Part shown: in pieces, positions 36,042-43,975 of the stretch
Numbering within the stretch: position 1 is the first letter of the stretch
Layout of the letters: every line of letters begins with the position of its first letter
Assembly: GCA_043816305.1 (NCBI GenBank)
Contig: JBDRHZ010000043.1
Coordinates: 42,322 to 106,321 of the forward strand
Length of the DNA stretch: 64,000 nucleotides
Source: Patescibacteria group bacterium
GTDB lineage: Bacteria > Patescibacteriota > Dojkabacteria > JAHIVN01
Reading direction: 5' to 3'
Position numbers and translations under genes: made by a program
Notes under the pieces: model-generated
Seen by the model: the letters and a program-made list of their open reading frames with translations, nothing else
Told to the model about the DNA's origin: nothing
The model's database searches: none

Positions 36042-38171
36042 ATGAAAGACATAAGATCGCTGTTGTATCCAAAATCGATAGCTATAGTTGGAGCATCCCG
36101 AGACAGGGGCAAGCTTGGCCGGATTATTCTTGATAACGTAACGAAAAACGGATTTACAGGTGATATTTACCCGGTGAATCCAAAAGCCAAGAAAATTAAG
36201 AATATTGTCTGTTATCCAGATATCAAGTCTATAAAAAAGCCAATTGATCTGGCCATCATCGCAATACCTTCGACATTTGTATTTGATACAGTCAAAGATT
36301 TAACTCCAAATGAGGTAAAAAATGTAGTTGTTATCTCAGCCGGCTATTCGGAAATAGGACAAGATGGCATGATGGCCGAATTAAAACTCGGAGCGGTTCT
36401 GGAGAAAAATGGAATTAACCTCTTGGGTCCTAATTGTCTTGGGCTTATCTCCAGCGGAGTAAATCTGAATGCAACGTTTGCTAAGAACAATGTAAAGCAA
36501 GGGAATGTTGCATTTTTGTCTCAATCTGGAGCTTTGGGATCTGCGGCGCTTAGCTGGGCTGAGGAGACTGGTGTCGGTTTTTCCCATTTCGTCTCCATTG
36601 GCAATAAGGCCGATCTAGCAGAGAATGATTTTGTAGAATTCTTCACTTTGGACGAATCGGTGAAGGCAATATTTATGTATCTGGAGGATTTTGTAGACGG
36701 TAGAGAGCTTATGAAACTCGGACAGAAGACGAGAAAGCCAATAGTGGTCATGAAGCCTGGTGTATCAGAAGAAGCACAGAAAGCACTCGGTTCGCATACA
36801 GGATCTTTGGCACAGGATGATCTGATTGTCTCTGCGGCTATGAGACAGGGGGGAATAATTCGGGTTGATACCATAGAGAATATGCTGAGTTTGATGCAGA
36901 TGTTTTCCTTTCCGAAGCAGTTAAAAGGTCCCAATGTTGCCATTGTAACAAACGCAGGAGGACCAGGAGTAATTACTACAGATGCTATAGTTCAGGCAGG
37001 ACTCAATGTCGCCAAAATCAGTCAAAAGACCCAGCAAGCCCTGGCTATGAACCTTCCCTCATCCGCTAGTGTAAAAAATCCTATAGATGTTTTGGGAGAT
37101 GCAAGGGCAGATAGATATGAGATAGTCCTGCAAAAAGTCTTGACAGATCCGGGGGTGGATTGTGTTTTAACTCTTCTCACGACTCAGGTAATGACCGAAG
37201 TAGAAGAAACTGCCAAAGTAATAGTAAAAGCTGCTAAAACAAGCGGTAAATTCATTGTTCCTGTTTTTATAGGTGGGAAAGGTCTTGATAAGGGACTCGG
37301 GGTATTTCGTGATAATAATATGTCATTTTTCAGGTATCCCAATGATGCTATTGACGTTTTAGCCTATTTTTATGAGCATTCAAGAGAAGGGAAGAGGGAA
37401 CAACACAAACTTAGAGCAATTCTGAGTACGAACAAGGAGAAGTTCTCTAAGATGATGGAGAAAAGCTATGAGGTTTCGGACTTAGTAGATGTTGAAAGGT
37501 TATTGAAAGAATATAAGATACCTTCACTCGAATCCTACTTTGCTCAAGATATAGCAGGGGCAAGAAAGAGTGCAGAGGCCTTGGGATATCCTCTTGTAAT
37601 GAAGTTGATTCACCCTGAACTTTTGCATAAAACGGACGTAAATGCTGTCAGGCTAAACATCCGTAGTGAAAATGAACTGGAAGAGGCTCTAGTATCGTTA
37701 GAAAAATTAGGCACGAAACTAGAACTGACAAATTATAAACTGCAAGTACAGCATTTTGTCAAAGGTGCTGTTGAGCTTATCGTTGGTGTCAAAAGAGATG
37801 ACGCACAATTTACAGAAATTGGAGGGGAGAGAATCCTGCGCAAACATGGCTTTGGACACACTCTGCTTTTTGGGATGGGCGGCATATATACTGAGATTTA
37901 CAAAGACGTAGCTCTTCGAATCATTCCTCTAATGGAGCGCGATGTTTCAGGAATTATCAGAGAAACTAAAATCAGTGAGGTTCTCAAAGGTGCGAGAGGG
38001 CAGAACTACGACTTGAAGGAGGTAAAAAGAGTCATTCGTAACATAAATCAGCTGATATTGGACTTTCCTCAGATATCAGAACTTGATATAAACCCGCTTT
38101 TTGTGAAAGAGAACGGAGTTTGGGCTGTAGACGTGAAAATGGTTGTGAAAAGGTATACTCCTAGTGAGTAG
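36042..38171 (+). CDS. ADP-forming acetyl-CoA synthetase / NDP-forming acyl-CoA synthetase (fused alpha-beta)
   Basis: SIAIVGASRDRGKLG (CoA-binding), GPNCLG, FLSQSGALG, VSIGNKADL, and a C-terminal ATP-grasp (LGYPLVMKLIHPELLHKTDVNAVRLNI). Start at ATG 36042. Confidence 0.85.
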   Translation: MKDIRSLLYPKSIAIVGASRDRGKLGRIILDNVTKNGFTGDIYPVNPKAKKIKNIVCYPDIKSIKKPIDLAIIAIPSTFVFDTVKDLTPNEVKNVVVISAGYSEIGQDGMMAELKLGAVLEKNGINLLGPNCLGLISSGVNLNATFAKNNVKQGNVAFLSQSGALGSAALSWAEETGVGFSHFVSIGNKADLAENDFVEFFTLDESVKAIFMYLEDFVDGRELMKLGQKTRKPIVVMKPGVSEEAQKALGSHTGSLAQDDLIVSAAMRQGGIIRVDTIENMLSLMQMFSFPKQLKGPNVAIVTNAGGPGVITTDAIVQAGLNVAKISQKTQQALAMNLPSSASVKNPIDVLGDARADRYEIVLQKVLTDPGVDCVLTLLTTQVMTEVEETAKVIVKAAKTSGKFIVPVFIGGKGLDKGLGVFRDNNMSFFRYPNDAIDVLAYFYEHSREGKREQHKLRAILSTNKEKFSKMMEKSYEVSDLVDVERLLKEYKIPSLESYFAQDIAGARKSAEALGYPLVMKLIHPELLHKTDVNAVRLNIRSENELEEALVSLEKLGTKLELTNYKLQVQHFVKGAVELIVGVKRDDAQFTEIGGERILRKHGFGHTLLFGMGGIYTEIYKDVALRIIPLMERDVSGIIRETKISEVLKGARGQNYDLKEVKRVIRNINQLILDFPQISELDINPLFVKENGVWAVDVKMVVKRYTPSE

Positions 38172-38347
38172 AATGTAAGAATCATGTAACCAGTTTTCTA
38201 TAGAAATCAATTTTTCCACCAGGTAGCTATTGTCATTCAATCTTTAAACTTAAGAACAAAGAGCGAAAGCTGTTGTTGTAAAAGTTATGATTAGGGGGTT
38301 ATTGTTTGTAATTATTAGCTTCTCAATTCAATAAGGTTTTTTCCTGT

Positions 38348-38785
38348 TTAAACGATTTCAAGTGCGGTCTCTATGATAGCATTCACTCCTTTCCGTACGT
38401 AATTGCCGCCCTTGAACCCAGCGAGTTTGTTTCTGAGAGCTGAGGTCAAAAGCCTCGTGACAAGTGATATATCTTCTTCTGGGCACATGATGATGAGCTT
38501 CTTGCTTCCAACGGACAGGATTTCTGCAGATATTTCGCCGAGAACCTCTTTGAAGAATTTTTTCTTGTATTCTTCCCGAACCCTTTGTTTATCCGATATC
38601 CCTCCACCAGATGTGCCTCTGAAATAGCCGGCCTTGTCATCCCAGACTGGAAGTTTTGCCTGAAGTTTTCTTTCTTTGATTGCTCTTCCTGAGATTTGTA
38701 GGCATTTGGCGTGCTTTTCATCAAGGATAAGTATGCAGAATTTGTCCAGGACTTTTTTTGCCTGGGAGATATTTAGCTGGGCCAT
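38348..38785 (-). CDS. hypothetical protein, possibly eRF1-like / host-attachment (baeRF) family
   Basis: Overall pattern (LILDEKHAKCLQI..., KKLIIMCPEEDISLVTRLLTSALRNKLAGF) resembles that family. This is a weak by-eye call. Start at ATG rc 38783-38785. Confidence 0.35.
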   Translation of the reverse strand: MAQLNISQAKKVLDKFCILILDEKHAKCLQISGRAIKERKLQAKLPVWDDKAGYFRGTSGGGISDKQRVREEYKKKFFKEVLGEISAEILSVGSKKLIIMCPEEDISLVTRLLTSALRNKLAGFKGGNYVRKGVNAIIETALEIV

Positions 38786-38958
38786 GTAGAATGGGTGAAA
38801 AGTTATGTAGAAATAGTTTAACATAAGTAGGGAAGGATTTGAATTGTTTATTTGCGATATTGTTATATTGTTGGAAATGCAGGCTTGTAGTAGAGTCTGG
38901 TTTCAACTGGATGATTCTGCACTGATATATAGTCAGCTATAATTATCAGCACTGACAG

Positions 38959-38979
38959 ATGCGGCCTGGAAGGCCGCAT
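38959..38979. promoter_or_regulatory. GC-rich hairpin ATGCGGCCT-GGA-AGGCCGCAT in the leader of the 39049 operon
   Basis: A perfect 9-bp stem, by far the most GC-rich structure in this AT-rich intergenic region. It lies downstream of promoter-like TGATATATA (38923-38931) and TATAAT (38938-38943). Confidence 0.35.
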
Positions 38980-39048
38980 TCTACTAGCAACTCGTAATGG
39001 AGTACGTTTCCAGGCGTTTTACAATGTTACTATTAGCGGATTGATTTT

Positions 39049-39336
39049 ATGGACAGCGAACCTACGAGAGTACCTCGAACAGTTAATGTAGTATTGTCGG
39101 AAGGTACTTCTCTATTTCCTCTGGTTCCAGTGGCAGGAACCGGAGATTGGGACGAAACTATATCTGTTATCGGCTGGGGAGGGGATAGGCTTATTTTAGG
39201 AGGGAATGGCTCTGGTCCTGTTCCCTTTTTTTCAGGCAAGTATATGTTTGTTCAGGAAATTCTTTCTGGGATTGTTGTGAGAGTACTTCATGGTGATGTT
39301 TATTATGTTGTTCCACAAGGCTCTGTACAGTTCTGA
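39049..39336 (+). CDS. hypothetical 95-aa protein (atypical-composition ORFan 1 of 3)
   Basis: ATG start. Gly/Val/Pro-rich with 1 Lys (hand count). Looks beta-rich. Confidence 0.5.
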   Translation: MDSEPTRVPRTVNVVLSEGTSLFPLVPVAGTGDWDETISVIGWGGDRLILGGNGSGPVPFFSGKYMFVQEILSGIVVRVLHGDVYYVVPQGSVQF

Positions 39337-39358
39337 CTTGAGGTTTTGTATAGATTGC

Positions 39359-39367
39359 TGATATAAT
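39359..39367 (+). promoter_or_regulatory. perfect extended -10 element TGATATAAT
   Basis: TGn-TATAAT lies 30 nt upstream of ATG 39397. Confidence 0.4.
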
Positions 39368-39396
39368 CAGGGTTATCTGCCATATTTAGTAAAATA

Positions 39397-39744
39397 ATGG
39401 AGCTACTACATCGATTTACCAGCTGGATGTGTGAAACGAGAGATACGGCAAAGTCTGAGCAAGTATTTGATCAATTCATATCCAGAAGAGATCCTGCAAC
39501 GAGAAGACGGCTAGAGACAATACTAGTAAGAACTATCCTAGGTTCTAAAGTAGTAGGATTGGAAATAATAGCCCTAAGTTCTTATTCTATATTAGGGTTA
39601 GGCCTTACGATTGGTATTTGGGAATGGTCGAATGGAGAAGAAGTCAAGTTTTTAATCCGGCAAAGACTTAGAGATGTAGAATTGGTGATGAAATTGAAGG
39701 GAGTAGAAGCGGTAAGGGCTTTGTTTATGGGAAATCAAAGGTAG
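39397..39744 (+). CDS. hypothetical 115-aa protein with central hydrophobic segment(s) (ORFan 2 of 3)
   Basis: VVGLEIIALSSYSILGLGLTIGIWEW suggests one or two TM helices. The flanks are Arg-rich. Confidence 0.5.
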   Translation: MELLHRFTSWMCETRDTAKSEQVFDQFISRRDPATRRRLETILVRTILGSKVVGLEIIALSSYSILGLGLTIGIWEWSNGEEVKFLIRQRLRDVELVMKLKGVEAVRALFMGNQR

Positions 39745-39777
39745 ATAATTCAGAAACATTAGTGCATAGATTAAGCC

Positions 39778-40332
39778 ATGGAAATCGAAGCTATACATAC
39801 AGTTCTCGAGTTTGACTATATCCCATCGCAGCAAGTTTCGGCTTTAATACCTGATAAAGCAGGTCCCATCCAAGCAAGAACCGGAAATTTCCGTGCCGGT
39901 CCATTTACAGTAGATTTCATTAGAGGAGCTAAGCTTGAAGTAGTGGGGCTTTTGCATTTCAAACTTGATGCTTCACGTTTAAACTATGGTTTTCTTGTTC
40001 GAGATATGGATAGTGCTGGGGAAAGATTGTATTGGCTTTCGAGCAAAGCTCTGTCTTTGGACCAGCTTTATGAAATAGGCGGAGTGCAGGCATTTGACTT
40101 TCGGAGAGATAATGGTGAGCGTTTTCGGGTAGTGGTAAATATAACTGGAGAGAAAGTTGTTGTTAGGCTGGATGAGGTAGGGGAGTATCCTTATCCGGCA
40201 GGCTTTGTCGGCGCAACTGGATTTGAAAAGACGGTAGTTAGCCCAGAAAATATTCGTGATCTTATACACGCTATAGGGTTCTTTATCGAGAGTAATTTTG
40301 ATGTTGCAACCATAAGAGCAGCATTTAGGTAG
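39778..40332 (+). CDS. hypothetical 184-aa protein (ORFan 3 of 3)
   Basis: ATG start. Looks beta-rich. No motif recognised. Confidence 0.55.
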   Translation: MEIEAIHTVLEFDYIPSQQVSALIPDKAGPIQARTGNFRAGPFTVDFIRGAKLEVVGLLHFKLDASRLNYGFLVRDMDSAGERLYWLSSKALSLDQLYEIGGVQAFDFRRDNGERFRVVVNITGEKVVVRLDEVGEYPYPAGFVGATGFEKTVVSPENIRDLIHAIGFFIESNFDVATIRAAFR

Positions 40333-40350
40333 GGAACAGATTAACTATAA

Positions 40351-40383
40351 TTACTCAAACTCCCTGATCATCTAAATTATAGA
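40351..40383. repeat. left copy of 33-nt direct repeat TTACTCAAACTCCCTGATCATCT(A/G)AATTATAGA
   Basis: 32/33 identical to 43053-43085, 2,702 bp away, in the same orientation. Confidence 0.9.
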
Positions 40384-40420
40384 ACATCACTTCCCTTATT
40401 TAACAAGTTCTTTTTTTACT
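40351..40420 (-). pseudogene. decayed duplicate of the last ~70 nt of the oxidoreductase beta-subunit gene
   Basis: The rc reads PVKKELVK*GK*CSII*MIREFE*, against the genuine gene end KKTLVEEVKEYSIIQMIREFE* at 43053-43120. The first 33 nt are 32/33 identical; the remainder is roughly 65% identical by hand alignment. Confidence 0.7.
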
Positions 40421-40462
40421 GGAGAAGTCTGGTTGGGTGACGAATGTTTAATTAAATTGCGA

Positions 40463-41749
40463 TTATTTGATTAGGTTTATATTATTGCTAATAAGTTCAA
40501 GATTAATGTCTGCTCCCATAGCAAGTACATTGCACCTTTCCTTAACAAGTATTTCTCTAGCTATGGTTGCCAGCTCTGTTTGCTTTATATTCTTTTGGAT
40601 GAAGTCGCTCGAAATATTTTCCTCATTGAGTTCTGTACCATAAAATGCTGCTTCGGCTAGAAGTTGAGAGTAGGGTAGGTTTTTCAAATGTACTATATCA
40701 TTAAGTGTTTTTTTTCGAGCTAGTAGAAATAACTTCTCGTCAGTTCCAATTGTTGAAATAATTGAAAAAAACTCTTTTAGTGTTGTGTCGATCAAAATGG
40801 GGTTTATCGGGAGCAGAACTTTGATCCAAGTATGATCAAGCAGTTTGTGCAGGTGTACAAAGTGATTGTATACAGAACCAAGTTTTTTGGTAAGCTGTTG
40901 ATGAATCAGTACTTGTAAATAATTGATTAATGTTCTTAGTTTCAGAATATTCTCAAAAGAGTATTCTATATAAAATGGAAAACCAACAAGGAGATAGTCC
41001 AGTTGTAAGTGTAGTGTCTTCTCTACCCAGACATGCGAATGAAAGTTTTTATGGCTGATAACTTCCGAGTCTTGTTCTTCCAGAGGCCGATCTTCTATTG
41101 ATCCAAGCTGACTCACTCTAGGGGTTGCTATGTTTTTGTTGATATATTCGGCTACCCCTCCAGAATCTAAGTTTCCCACGACCGCTATATATAGAGGATG
41201 TCTCAGAATTCTATCTCTGAAAGATAATATTTGACTTGCCGAAAGTTTAGAGACAGTTTGATAGGTACCTATTGTCGGGTACTTGAATCCTGAGCTCGAA
41301 TTCTGCCAGATTCTCTCGTTGAACAGATCTTGTATATGTATATCAGGGAAGTCTTTCCTTTGACGAATTTCAGTTCTAACTATATTTTTCGTCCGTTCGA
41401 GAATGGCGTTATCAATATTTATTTCAGATAAGATCAAAGAAATTACCTTTATAGCTTGCTCGATGTATCTATGAATGCAGGAGACTGTAATAAGTATGTA
41501 TTCATAAGTTGTTTTAGCGTAAATATGGATGTTATACCTATGTAGTAACTCACCGTATTTCTCGACTGGTTGATTATTTTGTGGACTAAAGTAGAGGAGA
41601 TGCTCAATAAGGTGGCTGATGCCTGCATTTGCGGAGTTTTCATAACGGTTTCCTGCAGGAATAACGAGAGTGATACTTGAAAATTCTTCTTGGGTAGATT
41701 TTTTATGAAATAGTTTTGAGCCATCTGGAAAGTTGTGCGATTTGATCAT
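40463..41749 (-). CDS. M16-family (pitrilysin/insulinase-like) zinc peptidase
   Basis: GISHLIEHLLYF carries the inverted zinc motif HxxEH. Length 428 aa. Confidence 0.8.
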   Translation of the reverse strand: MIKSHNFPDGSKLFHKKSTQEEFSSITLVIPAGNRYENSANAGISHLIEHLLYFSPQNNQPVEKYGELLHRYNIHIYAKTTYEYILITVSCIHRYIEQAIKVISLILSEINIDNAILERTKNIVRTEIRQRKDFPDIHIQDLFNERIWQNSSSGFKYPTIGTYQTVSKLSASQILSFRDRILRHPLYIAVVGNLDSGGVAEYINKNIATPRVSQLGSIEDRPLEEQDSEVISHKNFHSHVWVEKTLHLQLDYLLVGFPFYIEYSFENILKLRTLINYLQVLIHQQLTKKLGSVYNHFVHLHKLLDHTWIKVLLPINPILIDTTLKEFFSIISTIGTDEKLFLLARKKTLNDIVHLKNLPYSQLLAEAAFYGTELNEENISSDFIQKNIKQTELATIAREILVKERCNVLAMGADINLELISNNINLIK

Positions 41750-41788
41750 TTTACAAAGACACGAATTTGAACTATTATAAATAATACA

Positions 41789-42091
41789 ATGAATTCAGAA
41801 GAAATAAAAATTAAAATCAAAGAACGATTTCCAGGAGTTTACGAAGGAAGGAATCTAGAGGTATTGATGAGAGAGGTCGAGATGCTTACCCCAGTGATTA
41901 AAAATGGATTGGTAGAATTTCTCGAAAGTGAAGTTGTACCTGATATTGAAGTGGAGGGCTACAGTCTTGAGAAGTTAGTTTCTGAACATCAAATGAATGT
42001 ATTGGCTGCCTTTCTGACGCTAGATTGGTTAAGGAAAGAACCGGAAGAAGCCAAAAAGTCGTTGTTGAGGGGACATGATGCTATTGTCTAA
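41789..42091 (+). CDS. hypothetical 100-aa acidic protein (possible immunity-type protein)
   Basis: Host-like, Lys/Glu-rich composition. First gene of a three-gene small-protein array that contains a SUKH protein. Confidence 0.45.
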   Translation: MNSEEIKIKIKERFPGVYEGRNLEVLMREVEMLTPVIKNGLVEFLESEVVPDIEVEGYSLEKLVSEHQMNVLAAFLTLDWLRKEPEEAKKSLLRGHDAIV

Positions 42092-42137
42092 TATTGTATT
42101 TTGCTGACTTTATCTAACTTTTTACATATTTATACAT

Positions 42138-42578
42138 ATGTGGGATAGAATATTAGGTACACTTTCAGAAAAATTTGAAGTAAAAAAATTCGATGGTGCC
42201 GGAGAAAAGGATATAAATGTTCTTGAGGATAAGCTTGGTGTGAAACTTCCTGAAGAACTTAGAGAACTGTTGAAGAATACAGATGGGTTGGAAGTAGAGA
42301 AGACAAGGATAATCCGGCCGGTCAAAGATATATTAGAAGATAATGAACGATTCCGATCGGACGAAAATATTCTTAGAAGCTTTATGCCTTTTGACAGTCT
42401 GCTGTTCTTTGGGGATTCGGGTGGAGCAGGGGATCTGTTAGCCTATGCTATTATTCAAGGGGAGATCAGTAAAACAGGTGTATATGTCTGGGATCATGAA
42501 AATGACAGCAGAACTTGGATAGCGCCTTCAATTCAAAAGCTTTTAGAGTGGTGGATAGATGGGAAAATAAAGGTTTAA
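42138..42578 (+). CDS. SMI1/KNR4 (SUKH-1) family protein, typical polymorphic-toxin immunity fold
   Basis: INVLEDKLGVKLPEELRELLKNTDGLE, LLFFGDSGGAGDLLAY, GVYVWDHEND, SIQKLLEWW. Confidence 0.75.
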   Translation: MWDRILGTLSEKFEVKKFDGAGEKDINVLEDKLGVKLPEELRELLKNTDGLEVEKTRIIRPVKDILEDNERFRSDENILRSFMPFDSLLFFGDSGGAGDLLAYAIIQGEISKTGVYVWDHENDSRTWIAPSIQKLLEWWIDGKIKV

Positions 42579-42608
42579 TGTGTCTATTTTAATTTATTTA
42601 AAATAAAG

Positions 42609-43043
42609 ATGGCCAACTACAGTGTAGAAGATCTTATCGTGAAAGGTTGTACTATAAAAAGCCGAGAGGTAGATGGTAAGGTGTTGTGGACTCTGAAATT
42701 TGAATTTGAAGAGTTCCAGCAGAAAGAAGAGGATGGGGGAAATAAAACTCCTGTTTCATTGGGATTTAGCGACTTTGATTTGGGAATTGAAAGAATTGAA
42801 GATTTAGACGGATTTACAACGGAACTCAGAGAAAAGTTTCATGATGGAGGAGATGGATCGCTATATTTGTTTGAACACAACCCTCTAAACTGGATGAAGC
42901 TGAAGTTTACAAAGGCAGGAGAGAATAGGTATTCGGTTGAATGCGAGTGTTCAGTTGAATTTTCAGGATTTACCGGAGAAGGTGATCAGGACAAGGATTT
43001 TCGATTAAGTTTTACAACTATAGCTGATCATGAGGCGAGATAG
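42609..43043 (+). CDS. hypothetical 144-aa acidic protein (possible immunity-type protein)
   Basis: Small, acidic and probably beta-rich. It follows the SUKH gene. No motif recognised. Confidence 0.45.
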   Translation: MANYSVEDLIVKGCTIKSREVDGKVLWTLKFEFEEFQQKEEDGGNKTPVSLGFSDFDLGIERIEDLDGFTTELREKFHDGGDGSLYLFEHNPLNWMKLKFTKAGENRYSVECECSVEFSGFTGEGDQDKDFRLSFTTIADHEAR

Positions 43044-43052
43044 TAGCAAGGA

Positions 43053-43085
43053 TTACTCAAACTCCCTGATCATCTGAATTATAGA
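43053..43085. repeat. right copy of the 33-nt direct repeat (this is the true 3' end of the beta-subunit gene)
   Basis: See 40351-40383. Confidence 0.9.
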
Positions 43086-43919
43086 GTATTCTTTTACTTC
43101 TTCAACCAAGGTCTTCTTTTCACCTTTTCTTTGAACCAGTCTCTGGGAGTAGGGGATACTCTTTTTATCCTGGTAGATTATTCCTGTGGCGATCTTCTTT
43201 TCAACATCACTTGCTGTTTCAAAAGCTCTTTTCCAGTCTGAAGCGTCATAGTTCTTCCTTTCGGCTAAGTCAAACACTCTTTCCTGGAACCACTGGAATG
43301 TATTCAGCTTGTTAAATGTGATGCAGGGCTGTAAAAATTCTACAAAAGAGAATCCTTTGTGTTCCACAGCACTTTTCATTACTTTTACCATTTGTTTTGG
43401 ATTTCCTGCAAAAGTTTTAGCTACGAAAGAAGCGTTTGAGATCAGTGCCAGTTGTGCAGGGACAATGTTATTCTCAACTATTCCTAAGGGAGCCGTTTTT
43501 CCGGGGTTTCCTTCTTCTGTAGTTACTGTCGGCTGGCCGGTTGTCAGACCAAATGTTTGGTTATTATGCATTAGTACTGTAATGTTGTAATTGCTCCTTG
43601 CAGCCCACATCAGGTGATTTACTCCTTCCTCCATAACGCCACCATCTCCGCCGATCGCGATGACTGTCAGTTCAGGGTTTGCTATCTTGATTCCCATTGC
43701 AGCAGCTACAGTTCGACCGTGAAGTGATTTGAAGCCGTAAGTGTTGACCTTGTCAGCCATATTGCCGCTGCAGCCTATGTCGTAAGTCAGAACTGTATTA
43801 TACGGTTCGAGTTCCATCTCCGAAAGTGCCTGTTTTAGACTGTTCCAGATGCCATAGTTCCCGCATCCTGGACACCAGGTTGGGGTTACTGTTGTGTTGA
43901 AGTCCTCGAGTTGTGCCAT
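43053..43919 (-). CDS. 2-oxoacid:ferredoxin oxidoreductase beta subunit (TPP-binding)
   Basis: TWCPGCGNYGI, IGGDGG (TPP motif GDG), CITFN. Confidence 0.9.
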   Translation of the reverse strand: MAQLEDFNTTVTPTWCPGCGNYGIWNSLKQALSEMELEPYNTVLTYDIGCSGNMADKVNTYGFKSLHGRTVAAAMGIKIANPELTVIAIGGDGGVMEEGVNHLMWAARSNYNITVLMHNNQTFGLTTGQPTVTTEEGNPGKTAPLGIVENNIVPAQLALISNASFVAKTFAGNPKQMVKVMKSAVEHKGFSFVEFLQPCITFNKLNTFQWFQERVFDLAERKNYDASDWKRAFETASDVEKKIATGIIYQDKKSIPYSQRLVQRKGEKKTLVEEVKEYSIIQMIREFE

Positions 43920-43975
43920 CTGTTCTAGTAATACATAAATATTTTAGCTTTTAGAAATTTCGAATAACCTGCTAT

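Noticed and set aside
40351-43085. Calling the repeat-bounded cassette a prophage, ICE or genomic island with its own recombinase.
   Set aside because: No integrase, transposase, relaxase or phage structural gene lies between or next to the repeats. I only claim a recombination scar and insertion.
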